Source of the DNA: Callorhinchus milii
Taxonomy: Eukaryota
Length of the DNA: 64,000 bases
NCBI RefSeq assembly: GCF_018977255.1
Contig: NW_024704743.1
Location: forward strand, 86,802,001 to 86,866,000
Direction: 5' to 3'
Positions 35,991 through 50,040 of this stretch are shown here, in pieces. How positions within the stretch are numbered: position 1 is the stretch's first letter; the number at the start of each line of letters is the position of its first letter. The notes below the pieces were generated by a model. The model was not told the origin of the DNA. It ran no database searches and saw nothing but the letters and a program-made list of their open reading frames with translations. The position numbers and the translations under genes were made by a program.

Positions 35991-38900
35991 CATGAAGATT
36001 GCTGGTGCCTACCGCAATGTGTAGTATAGTGACTATGTATTTGGTAGATGAGATGATCATTTTGGGTAAGATACTGGCGGGTTACCAGCACAGGTGTTAT
36101 CAGACTCACAGCCACCATGAATCACTATCTTCAGAAGGGATAAGAGAGAGGAAGCATAGTTCCAGCTACAGCCATTTACACTTACACCTTCTCCATTGAG
36201 AGGCAGTATCACTGCTACATCCAATGCAAGCTCACTGCAATTTTCACACAGAGCAATAATACTCTGAAAGATGTGAGATGACATATTTAAATTGGTTGAA
36301 AATTTACCCGAGGGGTTTAATCCACGTTCACAAAAAATCTGTCTTGCAAACTATAAATAGCTGACAGCAAAGGCTCACTTCATTGAAAAGACTTCTAATA
36401 AATGTTGGTGAGTGACTATACTGTGCTTCCCCTGGTTTAAAATGAGATTAAATGGCCACAGTTCATTTCATGCATTAGTGTGGTGAGCATTGTACCCTGC
36501 GATGTGTTAAGACCAGTGTTGATCATCACACAGTTGAAACCTGCAGACAACACAGCAGGTTGATACCTGAACAGTGAATGGATATGACCCTCCACCCACC
36601 CCCAAGACTCTCTCACAATAATAAAGATAGGCCTGTGGAGCATTGCATAAGAGTTGTCGGTCATCAACAAAAACAAATATCTCGAGGCACAACCATTATG
36701 ATGCTCTCTGAGACAGGTGAGGATTGACACCGCTGGCCAGTCTGTAGATATAGATGGGAATGCTTAATAGCTAATTCCGTAACAAATAAAATCTGCTGCA
36801 AAATATCACATTTTCCACCCAATCCTTATAATTTACTCAGTGAAGCCTACAAAACACTCAAGAAACAAGACAATGTTGATTCATTATTGAAAACAAATTG
36901 TAACATAGTTTGCAATTCTCTTGGAGAGGGAAGGGAGAGAACTTGCAAACAGCAAGCATGTTAGAGTGAGGACCGGACCTAAGCAGCAAAGGGGTTCTAC
37001 CTTGAGTCCAGATTTCATTTGCATATCACAATTGTGTTTAGTGGAGTTAACCAATGGCCACAATGACATTTTAAAATAGGACATCTAGTTCATAGCTTGT
37101 CAAAAACAGTCTCAACAAAACAAAATATTACAGTCTATTGGCAAAAGGTACAGGTACTACATTTTGAACTGACAACCATTTCAGTCCTTCATCATGTCCA
37201 GTTGTGCACTCTATCAATATATATCAGTTTGAAACAGGTATTTGAATCTCTGCCAACAAAGCAATTTTTTGGGTATTGTACTTTGCCATTAACCCTTTCA
37301 CCCCCTGAAAATCCCTTCAAAACACCTATAGTATTTTAGTGCAAATGTCTTAGCCTTTATCTAGGGGCAGTGGGAATAGTTGAGGTGCTGTCTGATATGG
37401 AGGGTGTCATTGCTGAGTTTTCAGCCATCTATTTAAGACTACTAGGACTATTTGTTTGAATATAGTGTGAAGCACATGAGTGATATATGTACAGAACAAA
37501 GCCTACTTTGCAGTTAATTCTGATCGTAACAGGACAGTTGTTTCAGTCCTGAGATTCTGTTCAATTCAGCTCCACATAAGCCAAAGGAAAATGATTGCAC
37601 TTAGAGGCTGATATTAGAAGAATTATCACAATCAGCCTGAGAGCAGAATGTAATGAATTGTGCAAGTCTAAAAATCAGGGATTTTTAATGAATTTCCTTA
37701 TTAAGAAATTCAATTGGAATTTCCCACCAATTGGTGGGAACTCCACTCCAGAAGTAGATTATGTTGCCGCAGAGTTCCTGTGAGTCACAGTCTGGTCATT
37801 TGGTTATTTGAGGACTGCGTGACTTGGGTTTCTTGCTAAGTAATCAGAAATCATGCATTTTAGAGCTGGTCTCTCACATTTTGGCCTAGATATTTCTCTT
37901 GATTGCAAGCATTGCCTAGCTTTATGTTATTTAAGTGCTCCAGGATGTTACCCCACATGAAGGGCACTATATAAAAGTTGTTATTGTTATTTCTGGGACA
38001 TTGCTATCTGCAAACTGGTCACATTCACCTACAAAATACACTGTACCTACACTTTGCAATAAATCCAGCAAAGAGCTTTGAGACATCCTCCCAATATGTA
38101 AGGCACTAGATCAAATGTAAGAATTATTATTATCATAAGTACATAGCACGCAGTACATGGGCGGTTTACTCTGAGTGGTAACCCATTGCCGATTGCTTAG
38201 AGTAAAATCAGATCACATCTTTTTATCAGCATCCAATTTATTATTACAGAAAAACTCGAATAAGTCTTATTTATAAATCGTACAATCGCTTAAGTTGGAC
38301 TTGCACTTGAATCTCAATCAGTTTCCTATCAAAACCACTTTGATTTCTTTGCACTAGTCATATTTTATAAGTAAATTATCTCCTAACTCACAACGCCTCT
38401 CCTCTACGCTCCATTACTCCTTCACTTACTGGCTGTATTGAATCATAGGAAACATAGACTTGATCCATCGCATGCGCATAATAATAATAATAGATCAAAT
38501 CAGATTTTACACAATTTATACAAGTTGGCCTGTACCTCTGACTTCGCATAAGTCATATTCAATGTTATGGTCTCGACTGATACAATGTGAATTTTACTGT
38601 ATTACTCAAAAAATTAAGCCTGTTACTGTATTTTGTAGTCTTTATTCTGTGTGTTAAGAAATACTTATGACCATAGGGGCAGTTCTCCAACATGTTCGAA
38701 TATGGCAATATTAGTTTTTTCCCTCTTGCCTCTAAATATTTTCCCAATAAATAGATGATAGTGAAGATCATCTCCAATTCTGCCATAAAGTGCGGGTTCT
38801 ACCTAAAAAACTCACACCAAAGCACCTCAGAACTTAGCCGAGGCAGAACTGAGCAATGTTTTTTTTATTGCCTGGCTGATCGAACTAACCTAATTCGGAT

Positions 38901-40677
38901 TAGCACGGATTTCTGTCTTGGATTTGCACTAATCCCTGAATTCTAACCACTGACCTGTGCTGTAAAATGAATCCTTTCAGGATGCTCAGGAATACATTCC
39001 GGCCCCTTTGACAAAAAATGCAGACGGTGTATCCCCTGGGATGAAGGGGTAGGCGATAGGAGAGAGGGACTGTAAACATTGTTTCAAAATATTCTGCCCA
39101 TAAATCGTTAGGACAATCCCAAAATGTTGGACTTGTTCACTCCGAATGCATACCTGATGACAAACATTGTAATTTTACAGCCTATTTCTCACGTGCATGA
39201 GTGGTACGGTGAAGGAAAGTGAGATGATGCACCACAAAGTTAAAAAGACACCCAGCATTCCAATTTTTAAAGGGAAGATAATGACGTGATCATCACTTAA
39301 CATGTCTGATTCTGGCCAAATTTTATTACTTTTTTTTAATGCGCTATCACTTACAGGTTGAGACGATTTAAGACAATTCATGGCATTATGAAGTAGATTA
39401 CAATGTTCAGTACTCCATGCTCAATGAGACTCATTCCCGCGAGTCACTTCAACTGGACTTCAAACCCACTGAATCATTTTGATCTGGCATTGGGTGACAG
39501 GATGCTTCCTTAATCTCAAAGGATTTCATTTCATGAGATTAAGGATTTCATAATTATGATACATATATGAGTATTCTCCACAAACGGATTCAGAAACATG
39601 TGGTGGATAAGCTAATAAATGCATCTTTGTGTCTTGAAACCGTGCACAAATGTAATACTGATTTCCCCTGATCTGTCAAGGCTTGCGTATTTCCAGTGAC
39701 ACTCACGGTTTCTGTGACAAGTCTAAACTCCTTCCGTGTATCTACAAAAACCTACAAAACAGAACCTCCAGCTCAATTTGTTCCGAGGTTTGCAATCAAA
39801 GTAGTTATTCTGCTCTGTGCGTTCCATGTGCTGAATTTGCTGATGTGAGCTAAGCACTATTTGATAAGTTTAATGATTTGTTACAGTGTCTGTAAACAAC
39901 TAATGTAATTTTAAAAGTATAATTTAGCTTTGCCTTTGTAAGACATATTTTACATATATAATGTGATTTAATTAACATCATCTGTACTTAACAACCTCAA
40001 TCCAGAATTCAGGAACTTCGTGCTCATGTTCATATTGCCGAAAAGCCTTAACTCACCCTACCTCTGTGACTTTCTGCAACCTCACCGCCTGGTCTCTCTC
40101 TCTCTCTCTGCTCAGTAAACACTGGCCTTCTCCATGTGCCCCATGCCCTTTCTGTCCCATCATTAGTGAGAGAGCTTTCACCATCCTGCTCCATTCTTCA
40201 TCCCAGAATCCCTCCGCCATGTCCCAGAGTTGCCAGAACATCCTCCTGACGTGAAATGTAATTTGTTGTTGTTGTTGCCCCCCTCCATCCCACCTTTGAG
40301 GCTACAGCTGCTTTAATACCTATATTCTCATCCAAGATTTTAGTTACCTCCTCCCCGCCCCCCTTAGCTTCCCCCACTCCAGCTTGGACTCGCAGTCAAC
40401 TGCTTGAAGTGCTTTGGGATTTAATATGTGAGGCGCTAAATAAATATAAATCATTCTTGTTTACAAGAAAGATCACACAAGATGCATAGGTATAGGTATA
40501 GAGGACCCTTCAGTCCAGTTGATCTCACTCTTCCAGAATTACTACCCTAACTCCTCAGCACAGTATCAAGTTGGTTCTTAAATGAGGAATGTCCTGGCAT
40601 TAGCTACCCTTCCTGGTAAACTGTTGATTACTCTCTACATAAAGAAATACTTCCTGTTGTCTTCCCTTCTTTGGGTA

Positions 40678-40860
40678 ATAATAATAATCCTAGCATTTGA
40701 TATAGGCCTTATCATGTTGTTCAGTCGTCTCAAAATGCTTCACAGAATATATTGCAAAGTGGATTGACTGTGTATTTAGTGGGCAAAACACGGCAGCCAA
40801 TTGTGCACAGCAGTGTCCCACAAACAGTTGTGGATTGAATGACCTCTTTTTTTATTATGA
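40678..40860 (-). mobile_element. SINE 3' half
   Basis: (TAA)n tail and gcagccaattgtgcacagcagtgtcccacaaacag body. Confidence 0.8.
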
Positions 40861-42002
40861 TACATATATGAGGATTCTCCACCGTAGTCTCCACAATACT
40901 CTTCCATGCCTTCCTCTATTCTTATTCTACACATTTAGTGAAAAGATATAGATCTGCTCCAGTGGTAGCATGGCATGCTAGAAGCCTCATACATAAGAAG
41001 GAAAACATTGAACTTGTTTGCCTTTTTTTTTTAGATTTTGGCAGATCTTTTAATCTCAATACTCCACTGTTTCACCATATCCCTTTATACCATGAACAGG
41101 CACTGTGCTGCAGTGTGGTGGGATGCTTTGTGTCAGTTATTATCTATGAGACCCCAATCTCTAACCTGCTGTTCAGGGAGGGCTAAGTAGAGGTTACTTG
41201 CCTTTCCTATAGAGCAAAATACCACTCTAGGTTGCTCTTGTGCACCTCCCAGTGCCCCATCACAAAACATTGAATGAAGCTTGAGTTCAGCTGTGACTCA
41301 GTATATATATAAGGAAAAAAAATGTTGCTGCTACCCATTATACAATAACATAATATGACTTGGGGTATAATAGAATTTAAAACAAAATTAGAGCATTTGC
41401 ATTTAATGTAGTTTCCCATTACAGTTAAATAAAACTCAAAACAAACTTAACCATCTTATCGGTCACTCTTATCTCAATGACAAATACCACTGGGTGCTGT
41501 TCTATTATATATCAGAAAACTATGATTTTATAAAGTGCCTGAGAAATTCTGGACTGACAGCCATTAACTTGTATTGACACTGAATTTTGTCAAAGCATTT
41601 ATGCCAATTCAAAAATGCTGGGAATGATGAGACATTATCTCCAAGAGCAGAGGAATTGGGATTGGGAAGCCGGATTATACATATTTGTATATGCGTAGTG
41701 GTCTGCTAACTGATATCACTTTTTAATGTTAAATCATTAAAGATTTTGGTTGGGCCCAATAATGCAAGGTTCCCTCAGCCCTATATTGGATTGTCAGGCT
41801 AGATTATGAGCTGAAGTCCTCATGTGGGCTTGAATCCCCAACTTTGGCCAGAGGCTAGGGTGCTACTAGTTGATTCACATTAAGACTTACTTCAGAAGCA
41901 CACCCACTGTAGCAATCTGTATATTTTTCAAGAAATTGGAGCGCTCATGTGATGAACTCTGGGTTTATGTCCATGATCTCTAGCCATCCAGAGTCACTGA
42001 TA

Positions 42003-42435
42003 AATAATAATAATCTGTGCATTCGCTATCATGCCTTGTGTGTCAGGAGGATATCTCATAGGATATCCGATAAAGTGTAGTGACTGTGTATTTTGTAGCT
42101 AAACACAGCAGTCAATTTGCACACAGAAATGTCCCACAAACAACCATGATCAAATTTATCTGGGAGATGGATGGCCAGGACACAAGGAGAAACTTCTCCT
42201 TTTTCCTTTTGACTATGACATGGGTTCTTTGACATCCACCTGAATGGGTGGACCTGAACAGGACTTCAGCTTAATGTCTCATCTGAAGGGCGAGACCTCT
42301 AGACAATGCAGTCTACCCTAAACACTGCTTTGGAGCGTCATGTTAGACTATATTCATCCAAAGTCCTGAAGTGAGGCTTGAACCGACAACCCTTCTGACA
42401 AGGTGAGAGTGTTACCCGCTAAGCGAGGCTGGTAG
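42003..42435 (-). mobile_element. Older Deu-domain SINE, near full length
   Basis: Tail, Deu core and head (ggcttgaaccgacaacccttctgac...agcgaggctg) all present. Confidence 0.75.
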
Positions 42436-43988
42436 CACCTAAATCTCTGTCACACTGCTAAAGGAGGGCAAATATGCCCAAACTGTTTTTGCTCACCTCC
42501 TAGTGGCTGTTATCAGAGTAACACCAGCGAGGTCTTGGCACAAGTTCCTCACCTGCTTTCCCATCTTCAAATATACCGTAGCGAGGGGTGAGAAAATTAT
42601 CTTAAAATAGTCATGGGTTCTCACCTTTGCCAGTGAGCCCTGAACTAAATAAAATAGGCTTTCTTTCAACAAATCTGAAATAAATATTGAAAAGTTGTCG
42701 GTGACAGCAGCTATGTCATTATTGAAGATTAAGGAGACAATCTCTCCTCCCCACCCACCTCAAAGAGAGACGCAGGTAATCTAATGCATTTTCCTCCGAC
42801 TAATATTCAAGATAGTCCACTTTGTCGTAAACAACTAAGTTGACAAGAAAGACAATTTGCTTTGAACAAAGTGGGAAAGCTGTGATTATACAGAGAATGC
42901 GATTACACCTCAGCCACAGTTTACAGCAGACTCTGGGTTTTAATTTCCTGACGACATGTCCATTCTGAGGGGCCTGAGGCCATTTGCCTTTCACTAATTG
43001 AGCTGGTAGAAGCGAGTGGATTTGTGTACAAACGTCTGACCAAAACTGTCAGCTGAATAAGGATCACAATACAAATGTTGATGTCTCCGATCGGTGGCGT
43101 TGTTTTAATTGGGTGATCTCTGTGCTGCTGCATTGCTGTTCAGAAATTAGGTTTCCTCACAAAGCCTCACGGGTCATGGAGGGGGTGAGGGGGAAAAAAA
43201 GAATACAAGTAAACATGGGAATCTCAAACCACAATCAGAATTAATGGTTTGAGAAAACTCCCGTTTAAATATCTTTCAAGTACCTGCTCCTTGATGTGTG
43301 ATTAACCTGAGCTGACAGGGAAATGACAATGAAGTAGATCTGTGCACGGGTGTTTAGGGTAAAAGAGTGACGATGTGCAGGAACTGACAATTAAAAAGTG
43401 AAACTGTCAGATCAGAGAATGAAAGGCGATGAAGAGGGAAGAAGCGAGTCTTCATAGAAGAAGGACAGCTTGCCTGCTCACTGCTCCACTGGCTCTAGAA
43501 ATAACCTTGCAATATTTGATTTTCTTGCACATTACTTGGATTTGATGCTGCATCTTCAAGAAATAACACCTGAAAGCATGTGAAGGAGAAAAGGCCACTC
43601 AACCCATCAAGTCAGCTCCTGCCATATCCAGGCAAAGCCCACATTTTCGTGGACTCTACCCGCCCACTTTAATGCCTAGGGAAAAGTACATCCTCACTGA
43701 TCCCGAAAAGTAATCCAGCAAAAAACACCCTCACTGTTCATCCATCTCCAACTACTAAGCTGGACCCCTTCCCTTCACAGACAATGTCTTCCCTTCCATC
43801 CTCAGCCTCAGCACAGAATCTATTGGGTCCGGTGAACTATTTGGAGAATAACTGAGTTTCTTCTGGTATCCTGGCCAACAAATACAAAATTGTTCATTCA
43901 CTTCACAGCTGTTTTGTGGGGACATTGCTGTGTGCAAATTAGTTGCCACATTTGTCTACAAAAAAACGCAATCACTCCACTTTACAGA

Positions 43989-45510
43989 ACAACACAATAG
44001 CATTTATCGAGCGCCTTTCACGTCGGGAGGACGTCCCAAAGCACTGAACAGTCAGGTGTCGGGGCCTGAGCATGGGGGAGGGGTGGTGTAGGGGTGAGGG
44101 AAGGCAGAGAGGTGGGAAGGAGACCAAAGGCACAGTTGAAGAGAAGGGTCTTGAGACCGGCCTTGAAGGAGGCAAGGGAGGAAGCGAGGCAAAGGGACCG
44201 TGGGATGGAGTTCCAGAGTGTGGGGGCAGAAAGGCTGAAAGCCCGGCCACCGATGGTAGGGCGGATCGGGCGGGAGACATGGAACAGGCCGGAGCCCGAT
44301 GAACGAAGGGAGTGGGCAGGTTGGTAGGGAGTCAGCAGGTCAGAGAGATAGGAGGAGGCAAGGCCATGGATGGCCTTAAAGGTGAGGACGAGTATCTTGA
44401 ACTCGATCCTCTGGGGAATGGGGAGCCAGTGGAGTCGGGCGAGGGTGGGAGTGATGGGGTCACGGAGCCTGGTGCGTGAGAGTACACGGGTTGCAGAGTT
44501 TTGGATGATCTGCAGCTTGTGAAGGGAAGAGTTGGGAAGGCCGATGAGGAGGGAGTTCCCGTAATCGAGCCTTGAGGTGACGAATGTGTGGGTGAGGGTT
44601 TCGGCAGCCTGAGGGGTGAGGCAGTGGCGGAGCGTGGCAATGTTGTGGAGTTGGTGGTAGGCAGTGCCGGTCATGGTGCGGATGTGGGGGAGGAAGGACA
44701 GTTCAGGGTCAAACAAGACACCCAGGTTCCTGACTGGCTTAGTGAGGTTGAGTGTGCAGCCGTGGAGGCTGATACTGCCAGCGCCTGAGGTGTGAGCCAA
44801 TCAGGAGGGTCTCAGTTTTGCTGACGTTGAGTTGGAGAAAATTGGCCCTCGTCCAGGTCTTGATGTCGGACAGGCAGTCGGTCAGGACGCCAGTCGTCCT
44901 GGAGTTCAGGATGGAGGCAGAGAGGTAGAGTTGGGTGTCATTCCACACATGTGAAAATTTATTCCATGTCTACGGATGACGTCACCAAGGGGGAGGGAGC
45001 GTGTAGAGGGTGAAAAGGAGGGGACCGAGGACAAAGACCTGAGGAACACCGCACGAGACAGTGCGGGGGCTGGAGGAGAAGCCGTTTGCCGCGACGAAGT
45101 GGAGGCAGTGAAAAAGGTAGGACCCGAACCAGTCAAAGACAGAACCTGGAAGGTTAAGTTGGGAGGAGAGGCGGTGGAGGATTGAGTGGTCCACGGTGTC
45201 AAAGGCAGCGGAGAGGTCGAGGAGGACGAGAAGGCAGAGGGAGCCTTGGTCACACATGGTCAGGATGTCATTTGTGATCTTGTGGGCAGCACGGAAACTG
45301 ATTGGAGGGGTTCATGGAGGGAGTGAGAGGATAGGAAAGAGCGAAGCTGGGGACAAACGGCTCTCTCAATGATCTTGGATAGGAAGGGGAGATTTGAGCT
45401 GGGCCGGTAGCTAGATAGCTCTGATGGATCGAGGGAAGGTTGCTTCAAGGTGGGGGTGATAGTGGCTGTTTTGAGGGGGGAAGGAACAGTGCCAGATGAC
45501 AGGGAGGGCA
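43989..45510 (-). mobile_element. L2 LINE, 5'-truncated, multiple frameshifts
   Basis: [50 protein letters not shown] and RLHWLPIPQRIEFK; same family as 2842-4470. Confidence 0.96.
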
Positions 45511-45897
45511 GTGGCAGCTGAGCGGAACTTCAATGAAGTGCTCTGAGATGTCCTCCCGATGTGAAAGGCGGCATATAAGTTACCAGTATAATGTAATTAT
45601 ATTTATAAAGCATCTTTCTCGTCAGGAAAGTACATACATTATTGTATATAGAACTATTATTATATCATCACAGCTCTTGACATTGCAACATTATTCCTTC
45701 TTGTCAAGAATAAAGATGCAGTATCTGAGGACAGAAATGAGAAAGCCATGCAGGTGCAGATCTTAACCTGGCACACACTTTGTTTTATCTCGGAACACAA
45801 CGACACAATTGTTTTTAGCATATTTCAAGCAACTTCCCTGTTTGAAAGAAGTGTGACCTGAGCACTTGTGATAATTGTTCTGTTTCTTTCAGTACAG

Positions 45898-46208
45898 TAA
45901 TAATAATAATCCTTGCATTTGATATACCGCTTTTCACATCTTGTCGACGTCTCAAAGCGCTACACAGAATGTACTGTAAAGTGAATTGACCATATTTTTG
46001 TGGGCGAAACATGGCAGCCAAATGCACACAGCAGTGTCCCACAAATAGTTGTGGATTGAAAATGATCAATTCATTANTTTTTTTAGAGGGATTATTATTA
46101 GGCGTGTTGAGTAAGGAAACTTGCCCAAGGTATCGCCCTGCCTGGAATTGAACCCAGGTGTCTCGCTTGCAAAGCGAGTGCTCTAACCACTGAGCTGCAG
46201 GACTCCAC
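45898..46208 (-). mobile_element. Full-length tRNA-derived SINE (contains an N at 46077)
   Basis: Same head and tail as the young copies, slightly more diverged. Confidence 0.9.
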
Positions 46209-46966
46209 GTGTGACTTGGTCTTATCTTATGAGGTTACTGTACTTGTTATGGCTGTGAGCAATCTAAATGCTGTGCTAAAGAGACCTGCCGAAGCCCCTC
46301 ACTCCCTCACCCCAGATGTGATTCATTGGATCTGGAGAAAGTTGTGCACTTTTTAAAAACAATTTTGAGTGCCTGGCTCTGTGTGAAGGTCTCTTGTAAT
46401 GGCCTGAGAGACTTCCTACAGGAAGGTCTATGACATGCAGGCCAGACACATTTAAAATTCCATTTCCCGTCACCTCCCTCTCTGATGGTCATGACTCACT
46501 CTTCAGAGGAGTTTATATAATATTTTCTATTCTAAAAAACAAACACCTTTTTGTATCACAAATACAACTGCGTAATTTACTGGGTAGAATCTACAACTTA
46601 TCCCCCATCGCCCCCACAAGAAAGATCTAAAGCCAAGGTGGGATAGTGCTATATTTAGTGGCATGGCATTGCTTTCATGTCCCACACTGTGCGTTCTTGG
46701 CTGTGGCATCTCAGGGAGTGTAGGCCAGACACTTCCTCACAGGGAGGGAAAGGGAAGCCAAGCCAGCAGGAGAATTAACCCTTTACTAGCTGTGGCTGTA
46801 CTTCCCGTACAGTAGGTGGGCTCTGGAGTTGCACCGGGAGAAGGTTGGAAGCAGGTTGCTTGCTCCACCTTTCTAACAGGGCTATCTGCCTGGTACATGA
46901 ACAACCAAGGAGCGATTGCGAGAAATATTAATTGAACAGGGGTGAAAAAGGAGCTCATGTGATTTT

Positions 46967-47114
46967 TGTTTGGGACATTGCTGTGCGCAATTGGCTGCCG
47001 CGTTCGCCCACAAATATACAGTCAATTCACTTTACAGTGTGTTATGTGAAGCGCTTTGGGACGTCCTCCCGACGTGAAAAGCACTATATCAAATGCAAGG
47101 ATTATTATTATTAT
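46967..47114 (+). mobile_element. 5'-truncated young SINE
   Basis: Near-identical to 19905-20058. Confidence 0.9.
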
Positions 47115-47326
47115 TTTTATTTATTTGTCAGAGTACAATGTATTGTCAGGGAAATGGAATCAGGCACCAAGTGGGGGGGAGAGAAAGGACTGCAGAATGG
47201 AATAGCAGCTCCCAGCCTTGGCTCTATTCCAAGATCTCAGGCCTGCCACAGAGACAAGCAGTGCTCTGTTATGTATTTCCTATTAGCTAATACTACATTC
47301 AGAGTAAAACAGTGAGGTCTATCTAA

Positions 47327-47371
47327 GAAAAGGCAAAATACTGCAGATGTTGGAAATCTGAACTAAAAACA
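47327..47371. mobile_element. Penelope-like pseudo-LTR terminal fragment
   Basis: aaaaggcaaaatactgcagatgttggaaatctgaa matches the left ends of the 17204, 49872 and 52594 elements. Confidence 0.7.
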
Positions 47372-47984
47372 TCCTTTCACTCAGCCCTTACAATAGGATT
47401 TCCCATTATAAAGACAAAGTTTAAAGACCATTATTTTTAGCAATCATGCAAACAAATTGAATAATAGATTCCCCCCCTTCCCCCACCATGTAACAGTCCT
47501 GAATATTTATTTTATTGAGTGAAATAACCAAATTGGGTACAGAGGGAAGCTTTCAATTTTCCTCCTGGTTCTCATAAAGCTTGATATGAAAAGCGATTGA
47601 CAAACTTTTCTGCTGGGGCTTTACATGCTCACAACGCTTGGAGACTAACCTGAAGTCGCTTCTATATTACCTCAGCGTATTACCTTCAGATTAAACAAGT
47701 AAAATGTATAGAAAAGAATTGACGCGGGCTAGGAAAAGCAAAGTTATATAGGATTGCAGGGAACCTATCCTGTCACCAATACATTGGGTGTGTCACAACA
47801 ATAATAATGTGCATTTATATAGTAGCCTTCACACAGGATGGCGTTTCAGACCGCCTGATACCTAATTTTCAAAGAAACTTGCTCTTGGAACAAGTCAGCC
47901 TGGCTCAGTTGGTAGTATTCTCAATTCTGAGTCAGAAGGTTGTGATTCAAGGCCCACATTAGGCCTTGGTCTCTCTCCTGTTTT

Positions 47985-48080
47985 TTTAAACGAGTCCAGT
48001 ATCTTGACCTCAACCACCCAACCTGGCAACCTGTTCCAGTTGTTAATTACCCTCTGGATGAAGGAAAACTGCCTGTTCTC
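47985..48080 (-). mobile_element. CR1 fragment
   Basis: FSFIQRVINNWNRLPGWVVEVKILDSFKK motif. Confidence 0.75.
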
Positions 48081-48639
48081 TGTCCTGGCTGATGCACATG
48101 GCTTGTTGTGTTTGCTTACAAAAGCAGTCACTACACTAACAAATTGCTGTGGAAGTACTTTGAAAAGTTTTTATGTGATAAGGCACTACCACAACCTTTC
48201 TTTCTCTTTGCAGATAGAATAAAATGACACTTTATGCTTGTATCATTTATAATGAAATATAACACTAGTTACCAGGCTTGTTGAGGTGGTAATGCTGTCT
48301 CCCTTTCTTGTGTCAGAACTGAATGCCGTGCCCTGAGGGGTTTCCTCCAGTATCAGTATAGATCGAGATGCACAATAGACACTATTCTTAGAGATGGATG
48401 CTGTGACACCCTTGTCTGCTCACTGTGTGTTCTGTGATCGGGCAGCGATATCATAGTCCCTTCATACCCTGAGAAGCTCCAAACCAGTGGTAACCTCAGT
48501 CACCAGTTTTCTATCCTGTCCTGATAACAATGAACCTGAACTACGGTGACTGCAACGAAGAACCCAAAAAAATGTTTACGCCGTTCGCTTTTAAAGTTTT
48601 ATTAACTAAACAAAATGAAATTGTAGGTAAGTACTGAAT

Positions 48640-48965
48640 TAAAAGCACAGCGATCCGGCTGTTCCTTTTGCTCAGCGGGGACCCGCTTGCTTCCTGCGCC
48701 CTGCCCTATTCGCCCTACTGTCAGTGGGTAGTCTTTCAGTCTTTCAAACCCTGCTCTCAGGAACTCCATCCTAGAGTGACTCACTACCTCCTCTCGTTCA
48801 AAGCACATCTCAAAATGCATTTCTTTGACTGTGCTTTTGATCATCTTTCCCCTCCCCATTCCCCTTGGCTCCCAACCCCAGCTTGGGTATCCATCCAGCA
48901 CTGTGAAGCATTTTGAGATATCCTCCCAATGCAAAAGGCCCAAATAAATGTAAATTGTCTTGAAT
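48640..48965 (+). mobile_element. Diverged L2 3' fragment
   Basis: LSFKAHLKMHFFDCAF plus the tail. Confidence 0.72.
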
Positions 48966-49394
48966 TGATATGATCGCAAAGTGTCTTGTATTGTTTTGTT
49001 CACAACCAGCTGTCACTGTATGTTAAACTACCCATAGAGTTGTATTGGTGACTACGTCTGATAAATTTCCTTCACTTTACTTTCAATAACATTTCATAAA
49101 AACATCAAGACAGGTTTTTGTTTTTCAGACGTCGCATCTGCCACACTGTAAAATTAACATGAGAGTGCACAGAGCACAGGCTTGTTACAGACTACGGACT
49201 GTAACAATAACATCTAATACACTATGCTCCACTTCAGGGTAATAGTGGCTGAAACAGGAGCTGAGACTGACTGAAATGTCTTCATTCTTAATGAGATAAC
49301 ACCTCCCCTTGAATAGAATCCACACTAGAATTTACTAACGTATTGTTACCTTTTAATAGGCGCTATCTTTAAGTGAAAGTATTTGCTAAAGCTT

Positions 49395-49490
49395 TTCTGA
49401 TGAATAGACACACCCAAAACATCAATCTGCCTTTCTCTTTCAGAGGTTGATTGACCTAATGCACGCCTCCAGCATTTTATTTTTATTTAA
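49395..49490 (+). mobile_element. Old single-arm Penelope-like pseudo-LTR relic
   Basis: CTGATGA at 49397, then cccaaaacatcaatct...tttctctttcaga...tgacct...ccagcattttatttttattt, colinear with the right arm of the 17204 element. Confidence 0.5.
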
Positions 49491-49960
49491 ATCGCTGATA
49501 ATAAAGCATTCATGAGTTTTCTTTTTATACCTTTTTGCCAAAACTCAAACTGAATGCTGCATTTCTTCCCCAAGATGCATCATTGCACTCTGGAATTAGC
49601 ACTGTTTCACTCCCACAGGAGGTAACTGAGGGAAAAGGCAAAAGAAAGGTTCTACGTCTCTCCATCCCCAGAGACACCTTTGGTGCAAGACTGTTCTGTA
49701 AGTCTATCTGTCCCAGTAGAAGGGAGTCTCATCGTACACACATTGCCATACAGAGCATAAATTTTCATTTATAACAGGTTCCTGAAGTGCGCTGTGCTAT
49801 TATTACACTATGTTTTCCATCAGTCCATTACTTCTATCATGACATAACACTGAACAGATGGATTTTATTCAAAACGCAAAATACTGCAGATGCTGGAAAT
49901 CTGAAACAAAGACAGAAGTCGCTGGGAACGCTCAGCAGGTCAGGCAGCATCTATGGAGAC

Positions 49961-49990
49961 ATGTTTCGTGTCCTCGACCCTTCATCAGAA
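49961..49990 (-). ncRNA. Minimal type I hammerhead ribozyme-like motif (probably decayed)
   Basis: Minus strand reads TT-CTGATGA-A-GGGTC-GAG-GACAC-GAAA-CAT: both conserved core boxes are intact around stem II, but stem III and stem I are disrupted. Confidence 0.6.
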
Positions 49991-50004
49991 CAGTTAACTT
50001 TGGC

Positions 50005-50040
50005 GTTCTCACGAAGGGTCGTGGACCCGAAACATTGACT
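50005..50040 (+). ncRNA. Minimal type I hammerhead ribozyme-like motif (mutated core)
   Basis: GTT-CTCACGA-A-GGGTC-GTG-GACCC-GAAA-CATT-GAC; perfect stem II, G-to-C change in CUGANGA, and CGTT-to-CATT change consistent with CpG decay. Confidence 0.55.

Noticed and set aside
46071..46085. N base inside a SINE
   Set aside because: Assembly ambiguity at a T-rich tract, not biology.
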